From IMG/VR virus record IMGVR_UViG_3300028797_000005, positions 59,247 to 123,246 of that record: a DNA stretch of 64,000 nucleotides; one strand, written 5' to 3'. Shown here piece by piece: positions 33,601 to 43,571 of the stretch (positions within the stretch are counted from its first letter, which is position 1; the number at the start of each line of letters is the position of its first letter). Both the position numbers and the translations under genes were made by a program. This DNA comes from a virus. Lineage: Duplodnaviria > Caudoviricetes. The notes below the pieces were generated by a model that saw only the letters and a list, made by a program, of their open reading frames with translations, did no database searches and had not been told where the DNA came from.

Positions 33601-36600
33601 TGGAAAAACATCAACTAAATCTAAAAAGTCAGACGCAGTAACCTGCAAATTTTCATTAATTACATCAAAAGCATCTGCAAAATGATTAATATCATTTGTT
33701 AATTCAGAGATATTCTGACGGCCTTCTGCTTTAATAGCAACTTTTACTTCAAACTCAGCTTTATCCAAATCATCTTGTAACGCTTTATACTCTTTAGAAG
33801 GAACTTCTAATTTTAATTCACCTGGATTTTTCTTCAAATAGTCATCAATCGCATCTTTTGCTTTTTGTACATTATCTTGCAATTGTGAAATATTCATTTT
33901 TGCAAGATAATTTTGAGCAATTTCTAACGCTTGAGTATATTCTTCTGTACCTATTAACCATTCTTTATTAAGAATACTAACCTCGTCAGTAATGTCTCCA
34001 TAAGTATCTGAGACCTGGTTTAAATAAATTAATAATTCTTTATAGGCATCTGCATTATTATAATCTTCAAGACTAGTAAATTTCCCAGTCTGCAAATCCT
34101 CAATTGCTTGTACAGCAGTTTTATTATTTTCTCCAGCAAATTGCTTGATAGCTGAAACAATTTCTTGATAATCTATACCATTAATTGCATTAGCTAAATC
34201 TGTCATACTTATTCCGGCATCTTCTAATGCAGAAATACCTTCTGGACCTAATAATTGTAATAAATCTTCATCTTGCAATTTAATAATAGCTTCTTCATTA
34301 AGCATTAAGCTAGAAAAATCTAATTTCCCGTTTGCTAATCCATTTATAATAGCCTCAGCCAAACCATCATATTGCTGCACATTCTTATTATTTAAAATAG
34401 ATTCAATCGCATTAGTATAAATTCTTTCTAAACGTGAAAAATCAGCATTTTCTATTGCGGCCAAGTATTCTTCAGACCCGACTTCTAAGTCCTTTACAGT
34501 AACTGCAAATAAACTAGAATTTGAAATTAAAGTATGTAATGCCCCTTCTATATTATATTGAAGTCCTATATCTGTTTCACCTTCACTATTGGTTGCAATT
34601 CTTTGAGCTTCATTTTCTGTTTCTTTTTGAATTTTACTTCTTAATTTTTCAGAAACATAATACTCTATCATATCAGCAGCATTTTTTTCACCATCTGCCA
34701 ATTCTCGTAAAGCATCTAAGTGATCCTCTATATATTTTTTTTCAAAATCAGTTGCAGAATCTCCAAAAACGTCTGCTAATATTTTATTAACTAAGCTCTC
34801 ATCAACTTCATAGTCTGCATCACTCATATGATTAACCATAGATTGAAGCATTTTATCAATATTTTCTTGATTTATTTCATAAAAATTATATAATGCTTCA
34901 GTATCATAACCCATTATTGGGTCTAAATCATTTTTAACATATGAAGATGTTTGTGATTTTTGAATTAAATCAGTTTTTCTTGCTTGCTGTTGCTTCAAAA
35001 TATTATCAATTTCACCATTATATTGATCTTGCAATGTTTGATAATAATTATCTTGCAACCTTTTTTGAGCATCTGCTAATGCGTTTTCATCAATTTGAAT
35101 TATTCCATTTTCATCAATAGTATACGCACTTGCTAATCCAAGAGTATTAATTAATTCTTTTGCTTGTTCATTCGTTTTTTCCAACGTATCAGCATATTCA
35201 GAAGTAGTTTTATCTAATTCTTTTAAAGATTCCACTCCAGTTGAATAATCTGAAGATAATTGCTTCATTTCTTCTAACTGAGTACTTGCTTCATCTGCTG
35301 CTTCTTGCAATTCTTTTAATTTTTCAGCAGATTTTTCAGCAGCTTTTGCATCAGCTTCAAGAGAATTTTTAATAAGAACAAAAGCAGCAACTGCAGCCCC
35401 CGCTAGTAACAAATATGGAAACGCTGCCTTAAGAGCAGTTCCAAGTGCATATGCGCTCGCTGCTGCTTTTCCTTGCGCGGCTGCTAAAGCTTCATTTCCA
35501 GCGGCCGCAGTAGCTTTTGCAGCTGCATCTTGTGCCTCAGCTGCTGTAACTCCTCTAAAACCAAGTATTAATTGTTTTAAGAGTTGTGGGAAAAACATTA
35601 TATTTTTTTTGAGTACGCTAAACGAAGCTGCTAATTTTAATGTTCCAATACTTCCCACTGTAGCACTTTTAGATTCTGCCTCTATTGCTGCAGCTAATCC
35701 AACTACTGAACCGGTTGCTTTATCAGCCGCACCCTTAATTGCCATTAACGCTAGTCTAAATCCAATAGCGATAACACCAATTTCAATTAATGCACCGCTT
35801 AAATTTGCCAATATGTTTTCTGAATTAGCTAATGGTTCAATTAATTGATTAAATCCATGTATTAAATTAGTAATTAAATCTACTAAATCTTTAACAACTC
35901 TATTATTAGCTAAATTAGTATAAAATATATCTAATTCATTACGTAATTTAGCTATTTTACTTTCAAAACTTTCTAAAGTTTTATTAAATTGTTCTTGAGA
36001 TTTCCCAGCGCTATTTGTTGCATAACCTGTTAATTCAAGTAAACGTTCATTATTATCTAATAATGCGATGAAACGGGATTGTTGTCTTGAACCTGCAGCT
36101 GTTGTAGCAATATAACGTTGAGTCATTTTATCAAGTTTATCCCATTTACTAGATAATTCTAAAATTACATCATCGAAATCTCTAAACTGTCCATTCGCAT
36201 CTCTAAGAGCTACTCCGGCACTTTTTAATGCTGTTTCAATTTTATTGGCATCAACAACTTCGCCTTCAACTTCACCAATTTCTTCTAATGGCTTCTTTAA
36301 TTCTTGAAAACGAGCAATAATCGTTTTCATTGCTGTACCAGCGGTCTCTGGGGCTTCTTGAGTCGTTTCAATAATTTGTGCTAAAAACGCTGACATATTT
36401 TCAAAAGAAGCGCCTGAGTTATATGCAATAGATGCTGTTTTAGACATAGCTGTTGCTAATTGCTCTTGGTTTGAAGCAGATTTTGCAGCTAAGTTAGAAT
36501 AAACATCATTAACGTGTTGCGCTTCTGTTAATTCCATATTATAACCACGGAGCGCCGCCGTCATTTTTTCTGTTGCATCAGCACCATCAAGACCTGCTAT

Positions 36601-37965
36601 ACGTCCCATTTTCATGGTTTCTACAGCGACTTGCATCGCATCATTTAAATTTAAGCCTTGCTGTACATATAAAGTTGTAGCATTTACTAAATCTAAGGTA
36701 GATACACCAAGTTGAGTTGCTTGCTGAGAAAAATCAGATCTCATGCCCCAAATATCGCTTAAATCATATTCAGATACAACAGCGATACCTGTCATAGCCT
36801 CGTCCAATTCTTTTACTACATCAACAGCACTACTAATTGAACGTTTTAATAAATTCCATCCACTAGTTAAACTAAAGAATTGCGTCATCTGATTAGATAA
36901 TGCCTGGACTTGTTTATTAAAATCTTCAGAACTTTCAGAAGCATCATTAATTCCCGAAGCTAACTTATCTCCAGCTTGTTGACCACTTTCCATGCCTTCA
37001 ATAAGTAATCTTAATGTATCTGCTGCCTTCTGAGTAGCTGGACTTAATTTATTTGTTTCATCTGCTGCAATTTGATCAATAAGTTCTAAGAGTTGTCTCA
37101 TATTTAACTTACTTAAGTCAACAGTAGTCAACTCTTGAAGCTCAGCCTTTACTTCTTTTAAATTAGCAGAGCCAACTGCTTTTGCTGCTTCTTTCCATTC
37201 CTTTTCTAATTGGTCGACATTAGAGTTAGCAATAGCAGCGTTAACCTCTTCTAATTCTTTCTTAGTAGTTTCTAAACCTTTATCGTAATCTTTAAGAGCA
37301 TCATGAGCTTTTTTTGCTTGATCTGCGGCCTGCTCATAATTAATTTGCGCTTTAGCTCTTTCTTCAGCAGAAGATCCAGAAGATTTTTTGTTTAGTTCAT
37401 CTCTAATTTCTTTTAATTCTTCTGCTTTAATTTTTGCTTGCTCATAAGTTTCAGCTAACTCGTTTCTATTACTAGAAGACTCTAAAGTTTTGTTTAGTTC
37501 TGCTTGTCTAGCTTTTAATTGATCAAGAGCGGCAGCAGCATTTTCATAATTCTCTTTTAAAGTATCCCTTTTAGCCTTTTTAGCATTTTGAGATTCTTGA
37601 AGTTCTAAAATTTTTGTCTTTAATTCATTTAATTTCTTAAGATTTTCATTAGGAATTAATTTTTTTGGATCTAATCCTAATTTCTTAAGTTTTAAATTAA
37701 CTTCATCAATATAACGTGATACTTCAGCCCAACTTTTTTGGAAAGCTTTATTATCAGAAGAATTTTTAATATCATGCGAAGCTACTTCTTCAAATTTTTT
37801 CAAACTAGCTTCTAGTTTTGCGATACTTTCTGAAACCCCTTTTGTAGCATTACTATCTAATTTTAAATTTTTAAAACTATTTTGAATGTCAGCAATACCT
37901 TTACGCACACCATCAACTTGCATTGAGGCATCTATGGTTATTTTTTGTACATAATCTTTTGCCAC
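30607..37965 (-). CDS. Tail tape measure protein
   Basis: 2452 aa helical; TP901-type core (GTAMKTIIAR, AGSRQQSRFIAL); C-terminal FATGGLADFTGPAWLDG. Confidence 0.92.
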   Translation of the reverse strand: MAKDYVQKITIDASMQVDGVRKGIADIQNSFKNLKLDSNATKGVSESIAKLEASLKKFEEVASHDIKNSSDNKAFQKSWAEVSRYIDEVNLKLKKLGLDPKKLIPNENLKKLNELKTKILELQESQNAKKAKRDTLKENYENAAAALDQLKARQAELNKTLESSSNRNELAETYEQAKIKAEELKEIRDELNKKSSGSSAEERAKAQINYEQAADQAKKAHDALKDYDKGLETTKKELEEVNAAIANSNVDQLEKEWKEAAKAVGSANLKEVKAELQELTTVDLSKLNMRQLLELIDQIAADETNKLSPATQKAADTLRLLIEGMESGQQAGDKLASGINDASESSEDFNKQVQALSNQMTQFFSLTSGWNLLKRSISSAVDVVKELDEAMTGIAVVSEYDLSDIWGMRSDFSQQATQLGVSTLDLVNATTLYVQQGLNLNDAMQVAVETMKMGRIAGLDGADATEKMTAALRGYNMELTEAQHVNDVYSNLAAKSASNQEQLATAMSKTASIAYNSGASFENMSAFLAQIIETTQEAPETAGTAMKTIIARFQELKKPLEEIGEVEGEVVDANKIETALKSAGVALRDANGQFRDFDDVILELSSKWDKLDKMTQRYIATTAAGSRQQSRFIALLDNNERLLELTGYATNSAGKSQEQFNKTLESFESKIAKLRNELDIFYTNLANNRVVKDLVDLITNLIHGFNQLIEPLANSENILANLSGALIEIGVIAIGFRLALMAIKGAADKATGSVVGLAAAIEAESKSATVGSIGTLKLAASFSVLKKNIMFFPQLLKQLILGFRGVTAAEAQDAAAKATAAAGNEALAAAQGKAAASAYALGTALKAAFPYLLLAGAAVAAFVLIKNSLEADAKAAEKSAEKLKELQEAADEASTQLEEMKQLSSDYSTGVESLKELDKTTSEYADTLEKTNEQAKELINTLGLASAYTIDENGIIQIDENALADAQKRLQDNYYQTLQDQYNGEIDNILKQQQARKTDLIQKSQTSSYVKNDLDPIMGYDTEALYNFYEINQENIDKMLQSMVNHMSDADYEVDESLVNKILADVFGDSATDFEKKYIEDHLDALRELADGEKNAADMIEYYVSEKLRSKIQKETENEAQRIATNSEGETDIGLQYNIEGALHTLISNSSLFAVTVKDLEVGSEEYLAAIENADFSRLERIYTNAIESILNNKNVQQYDGLAEAIINGLANGKLDFSSLMLNEEAIIKLQDEDLLQLLGPEGISALEDAGISMTDLANAINGIDYQEIVSAIKQFAGENNKTAVQAIEDLQTGKFTSLEDYNNADAYKELLIYLNQVSDTYGDITDEVSILNKEWLIGTEEYTQALEIAQNYLAKMNISQLQDNVQKAKDAIDDYLKKNPGELKLEVPSKEYKALQDDLDKAEFEVKVAIKAEGRQNISELTNDINHFADAFDVINENLQVTASDFLDLVDVFPELAEGIEVLDDGMIQLSEDSVKAAQEAGQGQIDAMADAKIAELEMQQAAAQATVNYYKALVDAADKAAEAEVNTEEDKTQAINNLEHLLAQAVVNYANETNEGVTEQAENTATNIGEASAAAGNTAMTNGQRMATNVIDNLDAIAEEGDLSAGAVAEAHGEAAGITNTAWYQAASNAVAYLNRLAQAVNKVAKKSFTYDEKEGLVEHPSSLTPLPTDSSVDYQSVDKAYANRHQKGKASVTGPEMLSGEVDLSTTSAAKIAKQLLDSEAFRNQFKADAASRLADAQATLADINAQIATIEGLRKQANKKLADKTKNTGSGGSGSSGGGGGSGKDAEKWVQNYDWLYNLLQEINKLERNVNKLQKERNRLINNNKNDAKKMLEMAKEEERLLQKQLADQQLLQVKRLEELNAIEDQYSKYKAENGKTYDFTKYASYDPNLGYTVIDYDTISQLDWTEDIGKAFEGYVSYLENIQKDLEGIEDQIGDLQDAVVENQKLGRDEYIQFEQDTIKALETLRQEEIDELQSVYNAINNGNQATIDALNAGIEEYRNQREQDDALKDIGQQERKLALMMTDTSQANQLDILNAQKSLDDARQNYTDSLIDKAIDNMSKQAEEAQKQRELQIQLMEEQLKYDLKNGIIAKEAQELLDACFNRGDSSLLLQLFGKVDGIKSMGFATKEQWTETLKNSFEQAYTYANRNGLTYTSRVAKEEAEKQEAAKKAQKQEEAREEARKTAARKQDAIDQDKARQSTKEAALAGATTVPEAIDALNRTTKLSNTDPYKDTFASGKGAELRLKTGQKTAAMYPDLNRPSGVSVEAEDTYRGIAEFIAQYPSQAGWGNRGDIPALTKKLSEKLGDGGALRVLQIIESIYNKKAGSLPTHYAGDVKWMSERYGYSAFATGGLADFTGPAWLDGTKSKPEYVLNAEQTEKFFDLLDFTRDIGTTDNSTLIGDTYYNISMSNEIASDYDVDSMWDEMQRKIYENAGYRNVQSLDFGRR

Positions 37966-37989
37966 CCGTTCTCACCTCACTAAATAAAA

Positions 37990-38014
37990 AATCGGCATTA
38001 TACTAATGCCGATT
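37990..38014 (-). terminator. Intrinsic terminator
   Basis: AATCGGCATTA-N3-TAATGCCGATT then T-tract on - strand. Confidence 0.7.
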
Positions 38015-38795
38015 AAATATCACTATCTATGTCATCGTCTAGCAAGATGAAATCCATAACTTTCTCGCTACCTTTTGACCCAGTAGGAAATGCCTTAACA
38101 GTAAATCTGCTAATTGCCGGTGAGGCTGCTCCACTTCCTAACCTAATAGAGAAATCAGACATTAGTTTTACTTGCGGAGCGAAGAACACTCCAGTTACTG
38201 TTTTCCCTGTTACATCATCTTTAAGGCGCGTTTTCATGGTTAATTGAAAATATCCATTTAAAAAATGACGGCCTAAATGAATTACATCATTCGGTCCACA
38301 ATCATATTTATAACTTACTTGAACATAAGTATATGGCTCTACATTTCTAAATGTAATTACTTTCCCATCTATACTGCCACGAAGATGATTTCCCGTTGCT
38401 CTATCATAAGCCCAAATATCCGTGTCGGCAGGAAGGTGTTTTAAAGTTACTTGAGATAATGAATTAGTTTCTAATTCTTCCCACATAGGAACAATTACCG
38501 GTTCTTCTTGCATCGCCACATTACTTAATAACGATAAATGAACCTTAGAAAAAATTCCTTGAGCAAAATTAATATCTAATTCTTTCGTTCTTTCCCAAGA
38601 TACCCATACTTGATTTCCATAGCCGCCACGAGCATGAATATATTCTTTAAATTCGTTAAAGTTTACCATTTGCAGCGAATTAAACACTACAATCGGTTCG
38701 CCAGCTTGAATTTTTTTTCCACCTATCTCTATATCATAAGTAGCTTTAAGAGTACATTCATATACTTCTTTCATTCCGAACAATGTATTATCCAT
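38013..38795 (-). CDS. Tail-tube-like paralogue
   Basis: FGMKEV/ARGGYGN..VSWE..KE parallels YGIKEV/AQGGQGN..LAWD..KE of the upstream gene. Confidence 0.6.
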   Translation of the reverse strand: MDNTLFGMKEVYECTLKATYDIEIGGKKIQAGEPIVVFNSLQMVNFNEFKEYIHARGGYGNQVWVSWERTKELDINFAQGIFSKVHLSLLSNVAMQEEPVIVPMWEELETNSLSQVTLKHLPADTDIWAYDRATGNHLRGSIDGKVITFRNVEPYTYVQVSYKYDCGPNDVIHLGRHFLNGYFQLTMKTRLKDDVTGKTVTGVFFAPQVKLMSDFSIRLGSGAASPAISRFTVKAFPTGSKGSEKVMDFILLDDDIDSDI

Positions 38796-38817
38796 TTACT
38801 ACCTCTTTTATAATAAG

Positions 38818-38843
38818 AAAGGGCGCGGTTCCCCACGCCCTTT
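38818..38843 (-). terminator. Intrinsic terminator after major tail gene
   Basis: AAAGGGCG-N10-CGCCCTTT. Confidence 0.6.
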
Positions 38844-38870
38844 TGGAAGTGGTTGAAATAACCACTCAAA

Positions 38871-39950
38871 TTAATCTGGATTGGCTGTAGACTGAAGTCT
38901 CTGATCAATAAAGTTGGTAGCTTCAGTAGAAGAACCAGTACCGAATGAGTACTGAACTAATTGCATCATAACATTCTTGTTATTTACAGTTGCACGAAGT
39001 ACTTGTACATTCATATTAAAGACAGTCGGATCTCCTTCTGCTTCAAGAGTAAGAGTATTCTCAGATGTAACTTTACCCTTAGGAATAATAATCTGGAAGA
39101 ACTGATCTTCACCGCTGGCTTCAGAACGAGCATAAGTATCAGCGGTAATATAATAAGTTCCTGGGAAGCTATCTGGGCCTACGTTAATTACAAAACCGTC
39201 ATCTGGGTTAAGATAAAGGCTTGCAAAAAGTTTAGGATCTCCTTTAGCTGCAATAGACCATGAAGCAGGACTACCACTATAAGTCGCATAATCAGTATAA
39301 TTACTAGAACTATCATCATCTACATTTTTAATAGTTGGGGTAGTTGTGCTTGGAGTTAATGCTAAAGCATATGCTGGATAATCTCCGCCAATCTGGGAAA
39401 AAGCAGAAGTAAAAGTAATATGACCAAAAGTACTATCCCATTTAATCTTATTGGTAGAAGCTGGACCTACTAATGCTGCGTCAGTAATAGCGCTATCATT
39501 AACATTTCCTAATGCTTCATTAATAAGTTTTACTACAGCAATACCAGTTGCATCTTTTGCTAAAGCACCAGCAACATCTAAAGTATTCAACTGAATAGTT
39601 TTATAAATCCTACGCTTATTATTATAATTAGTAACATCTGTTACGTCACCATTATTTAATAATGGAGCAGGTTTATCACCCTCACCAAACATAATGGAAA
39701 GTGATTTAGGAGAAAATACCGCGTCTTCAATAGACATAGTAATTTCTTTACCAAAGTCCCATGCAAGAAGTCTGCCGTTACCTTGTCCACCTTGAGCATA
39801 CGTAGTTTCGGCAGTAGACTCAACAGTAGTTACTTTGGCAGTATCAATATAAAGAACAGGAGTTCTTGGACGACCCGTATTAGCATCAATAGAATAGAAA
39901 GTTAAATTTGCTACTTCTTTGATACCATAACGCTCAAGAATACTTGCCAT
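38871..39950 (-). CDS. Major tail tube protein
   Basis: Position, biased codon usage, AEGDPTVF motif. Confidence 0.7.
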   Translation of the reverse strand: MASILERYGIKEVANLTFYSIDANTGRPRTPVLYIDTAKVTTVESTAETTYAQGGQGNGRLLAWDFGKEITMSIEDAVFSPKSLSIMFGEGDKPAPLLNNGDVTDVTNYNNKRRIYKTIQLNTLDVAGALAKDATGIAVVKLINEALGNVNDSAITDAALVGPASTNKIKWDSTFGHITFTSAFSQIGGDYPAYALALTPSTTTPTIKNVDDDSSSNYTDYATYSGSPASWSIAAKGDPKLFASLYLNPDDGFVINVGPDSFPGTYYITADTYARSEASGEDQFFQIIIPKGKVTSENTLTLEAEGDPTVFNMNVQVLRATVNNKNVMMQLVQYSFGTGSSTEATNFIDQRLQSTANPD

Positions 39951-39971
39951 GTATGTATCCTCCTATATGAG

Positions 39972-40739
39972 TTATTTATCTTTTCCATATAACCAATGTT
40001 CTAATGGTTTTCTTTTTTTCTTACTCCCGAATGGATTACTTGTCATAATTCTTAATTCGGTTTCATATTGTTCTTTCTTCTGTGCTAAAGCGAATAATTC
40101 TTGCACAGATAAATAAGAAATCTCTCCGATATTAAGTGGATTAAGACCTAAATTCATACAACAAATTGCAACAATCATTTTGTCTAATCCTATAGAATTT
40201 TTATTGCCTTTTTTCTTTTTAAGCCTTTCACGCCAACGTCCTTTTGCCTTAATAAGAGCAACCATAGGATTCTCATTAAATTTAGGAGGCTCTTTTACTT
40301 CATCTCCGCTAACTTGTCGAATCAAATTTTGTAATTTAAAAAATTCTTCTTCTGTTTCAATCCTTCTTAAATTTTCAACACTAGTCTTCTCATCAATATC
40401 TGTAACAAATACAATAGCCTTTAAAGTTGGCAAAATTTTAACATATTCTTTAGTATAAAAAAGAAAAGCTTCTTCTGTTTTTTTCATATACTCTTCAGAA
40501 TGATAGCAATTATTCATTAAAAGCTCAAAAGGTGTTGGTGCGCCTTCAACTGGCTTAGCAGAAAAATTTGCGCCACTTTGTTCTTTAGCTATCATATCCC
40601 AGATATCTTCCTGGCTCATTGTAAGAATCGTATTATAAATACCATAATTTGGATTTGCTAATACATCTTTTAATTTAGGCGGATAAACTTTATAATTTTT
40701 TGTTATTAGCGGTTCACCAATAAAACAAGCAGCGTTCAT
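39972..40739 (-). CDS. Putative tail assembly protein/chaperone
   Basis: Position in tail module; helical. Confidence 0.45.
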   Translation of the reverse strand: MNAACFIGEPLITKNYKVYPPKLKDVLANPNYGIYNTILTMSQEDIWDMIAKEQSGANFSAKPVEGAPTPFELLMNNCYHSEEYMKKTEEAFLFYTKEYVKILPTLKAIVFVTDIDEKTSVENLRRIETEEEFFKLQNLIRQVSGDEVKEPPKFNENPMVALIKAKGRWRERLKKKKGNKNSIGLDKMIVAICCMNLGLNPLNIGEISYLSVQELFALAQKKEQYETELRIMTSNPFGSKKKRKPLEHWLYGKDK

Positions 40740-41261
40740 TTAATTATATTGCGTTATTTTAAAATTCATTATAAAAGCAGAAATCTCTTCTGTAAAGAAA
40801 TTGACTGCGAAGCCTGAACCGCGAATTTCCCCTAAGCCATTAATTTTCTTTCCTTCAAGTGATCTCTGTACTTCACCCATAATAGCATATGGACGTAAAT
40901 TGTTATCCTTTATAATCCACTGTTCATTTGGAACAAATATTTCTATTGAAAAATAAATATCTAAAAATTCATTATTTTCATTGGATGGTATGCCGCGTAA
41001 TACACGAAGCGTAATAATTGAACGAGCATCTTCCATTGTGCCAACTACAGGTATAATACGTATTACACCATCATCTCCATGACCATATGCCGCAGCTTGA
41101 TCTACAGCGATATGTTGTTCACTTAATGGATCCTTATCTGTATACCATAATAATTTTAATAAATTACTATTAGCCAATAATCTTTGAATAATTTTAATAA
41201 GATTTGGCCCCATTTCACCAAGAAAGCGAACTATAGATTTTTCTTCTAAATATCCCATCAA
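40740..41261 (-). CDS. Putative tail completion/neck protein
   Basis: Synteny; LLKLLWY...DPL, LRPY.I motifs. Confidence 0.5.
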   Translation of the reverse strand: MMGYLEEKSIVRFLGEMGPNLIKIIQRLLANSNLLKLLWYTDKDPLSEQHIAVDQAAAYGHGDDGVIRIIPVVGTMEDARSIITLRVLRGIPSNENNEFLDIYFSIEIFVPNEQWIIKDNNLRPYAIMGEVQRSLEGKKINGLGEIRGSGFAVNFFTEEISAFIMNFKITQYN

Positions 41262-42040
41262 TTACCTCCTTCAGTTTCCCAGCCGCCGAACCAGAAGAAA
41301 TCATCGGGATCGTCTCCAGGCTGCTGCGTAGGAGGTGGCGTTAAATCTCTATTAATTGTTGGATCAACAGATACATAAGCAATTCCAGGCGTTGAAATAG
41401 TATCATAACCAGTTACACGCCAATAGTGGTCCGCCTTAGCATATTGTAATTCGCAATAAGCTCCAATCTCTAATGGACTTTTTGTCGTTGTATTTCCATG
41501 AAAGTCTACAGTTGCAACTCTATCTGGTGTCGGCATAAGCATAAATTCAAGTTTAAGATTTTCCAAATATAATGTAGCAGAACGAGAGCGTGATTTCAGC
41601 TCATTCTTTAACATATTGTCTTCTTGTGAATAAATATAAGCCTCAGTAGTCCAAGTATAGCCGTCTTCGTTAATAAATGTTACGGTAGTGGTTAATTCAA
41701 CAACTACCCATCTATTATAACCGCTATCTTGTCTTTGATCCCACCACCAGAACATATATCGCTTACCATTAATAGTAACAATATCTCCAACTTCAAATAC
41801 CTCACCAACACGGCAAAGTATATCCATCATAATTTTAGTTTCATTCTGTTTTCTTGGTTCAAATACACATTCAACAGTTCTCTCTTCTTCAGTATCTGGT
41901 TTATATACAAAAGTTAAATAATGGGGCGAAGAATAAAGGAACTTTTCAAAATTCGCTCTTCTTCCCTCTTCTAATCTGCCTGTAGGTGTATCTCCAAAGC
42001 GACTCAGACGCTTTTTATATATATCTTCATAATAGCTCAT
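41258..42040 (-). CDS. Putative head-closure/neck protein
   Basis: Synteny; beta-rich. Confidence 0.5.
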   Translation of the reverse strand: MSYYEDIYKKRLSRFGDTPTGRLEEGRRANFEKFLYSSPHYLTFVYKPDTEEERTVECVFEPRKQNETKIMMDILCRVGEVFEVGDIVTINGKRYMFWWWDQRQDSGYNRWVVVELTTTVTFINEDGYTWTTEAYIYSQEDNMLKNELKSRSRSATLYLENLKLEFMLMPTPDRVATVDFHGNTTTKSPLEIGAYCELQYAKADHYWRVTGYDTISTPGIAYVSVDPTINRDLTPPPTQQPGDDPDDFFWFGGWETEGGN

Positions 42041-42299
42041 CTTTATCGCCCCTTCCTAATAATGCCATAGCATCAAATATATTTTTACGAAAATATTTAT
42101 ATGAAAGATATTTAGCAGAACTCAATTTATACCAAACCGAATAATAGTTAATGCCGCGTTCATTTTCCGGAACCCCATTTAATTCAAGCAATATGCCATC
42201 AAGACAAGATTCCCAATCGCGTTCAGCTTCTCTTTCACATAAACAACTAAATAATTTATTCTTTAGCTTATTTGTATAAGCCTCTTTCATTACATCCAT
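42027..42299 (-). CDS. Hypothetical protein
   Basis: Operon packing. Confidence 0.65.
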   Translation of the reverse strand: MDVMKEAYTNKLKNKLFSCLCEREAERDWESCLDGILLELNGVPENERGINYYSVWYKLSSAKYLSYKYFRKNIFDAMALLGRGDKDELL

Positions 42300-42302
42300 A
42301 GC

Positions 42303-42749
42303 CTACCCCGCAAAACCGGTATAGTCGAATGGCTGTCCTTTTATACTTCTATAATAACGAGCTTCTAAATCATCTGCTTGCTTTCTAATGTTATCCTGAC
42401 GTAATCTAAACTCACTCAATTGCTTTGCTGGTGAGAAGTCACGTTCAGTATACAGCGGTCTTAAATTTTCCCATGAATCAATTACTCTGCCAAGCCAAAT
42501 GGCTTTCATAAATAACGCTACAATCTGAATCTCAACATTTGTAATATTAGGGTCAATAAAATATTCACCGCTTTCATCCCATTCTAAAGAACATCTTGGA
42601 AACTTAAACCAAGGGATTGCCGCCAAGGCCAAATGTTGCAGATCATTTTCAACCTCAAATTCTGTCCAAGTATCCCATTCATCTGACTCGATTAATACGA
42701 AAAACGCATCATAGAGTTGTTGTACCGGAACTCTACCACAGCAGCCCAT
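42303..42749 (-). CDS. Putative head-tail adaptor
   Basis: EIQIVA.FM...W, DFSPA.QL motifs; synteny. Confidence 0.55.
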   Translation of the reverse strand: MGCCGRVPVQQLYDAFFVLIESDEWDTWTEFEVENDLQHLALAAIPWFKFPRCSLEWDESGEYFIDPNITNVEIQIVALFMKAIWLGRVIDSWENLRPLYTERDFSPAKQLSEFRLRQDNIRKQADDLEARYYRSIKGQPFDYTGFAG

Positions 42750-42764
42750 TGGCCACCTCCTTTA

Positions 42765-43268
42765 TTATTTTGCTTTTTCAGCAGCCTCGCGGCGCTTTTC
42801 TTCCATGTTTCGACGAACTATTAAATCAACATCAATTTCACTCTTTTCTTTTAAAAGTAGATTTTTTTCATAATTCGTAGAATCCAATGAAATAGCCATA
42901 TGCGCAAGTTCTTCAAGTTGGTCACGGGACATTTTTTCAGCTTCGCTCTTTAATTCATCAATAGAAGCTTCCTTAATTAAATATGTACCTTTCTCTTCAG
43001 TAAGGTTATAAACGGTAGCCCCAGTATTTGGATCTTCAAGACCAAGATCAATTCTATCTTCTTCGTCTTCTATATAAAGAATACCAGTTTTAAAAAGATA
43101 CTCAACGCCAGGTTCATAAATAGCTTGCATAAGAACATCTTTAGGAAGTCTTAATACAGAACCCTTCTTAGGCCAAGTTCTATTCAGATTTAAATATGGC
43201 AAAGTAATTCCTACTTGTGCATTAACAGTTGATTTAACAAGAACTGGTTTCATCATTTCCATAAACAT
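42765..43268 (-). CDS. Hypothetical protein
   Basis: AAGGAG RBS before ATG 43268. Confidence 0.65.
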   Translation of the reverse strand: MFMEMMKPVLVKSTVNAQVGITLPYLNLNRTWPKKGSVLRLPKDVLMQAIYEPGVEYLFKTGILYIEDEEDRIDLGLEDPNTGATVYNLTEEKGTYLIKEASIDELKSEAEKMSRDQLEELAHMAISLDSTNYEKNLLLKEKSEIDVDLIVRRNMEEKRREAAEKAK

Positions 43269-43503
43269 AATCTCCTTGTAAGAACCAATAGTAGCCACCT
43301 GCGGAGTTCCTTATTCCATTTACACACTCAGAAATGTGCCTAATTCCGCACGCCCTTTGCGCGGCCGCAATAGATGGAAAAAAATTTATAATATTCCCTT
43401 CCTTATCCATCTGTACTATTGGTTTCATTCTACGCTCATTAGCGTTTCTATTCTCAAATATAATTTTTGAAAAGTCATTTATAATGGAAACACGGCTTCC
43501 CAT
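43234..43503 (-). CDS. NUMOD1-type DNA-binding domain protein (homing endonuclease remnant)
   Basis: KPIVQMDKEGNIINFFPSIAAAQR...ISECVNG.RNSAGGYYW. Confidence 0.7.
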   Translation of the reverse strand: MGSRVSIINDFSKIIFENRNANERRMKPIVQMDKEGNIINFFPSIAAAQRACGIRHISECVNGIRNSAGGYYWFLQGDYVYGNDETSSC

Positions 43504-43531
43504 TTTGGCTCTCCCATTTTCTTCAAAAGGC

Positions 43532-43558
43532 AGCCAAGCGGCATTGCGCCGCTTGGCT
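43532..43558 (-). terminator. Hairpin after major capsid gene
   Basis: AGCCAAGCGGC-N5-GCCGCTTGGCT. Confidence 0.6.
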
Positions 43559-43571
43559 TAATCTATCTAAA

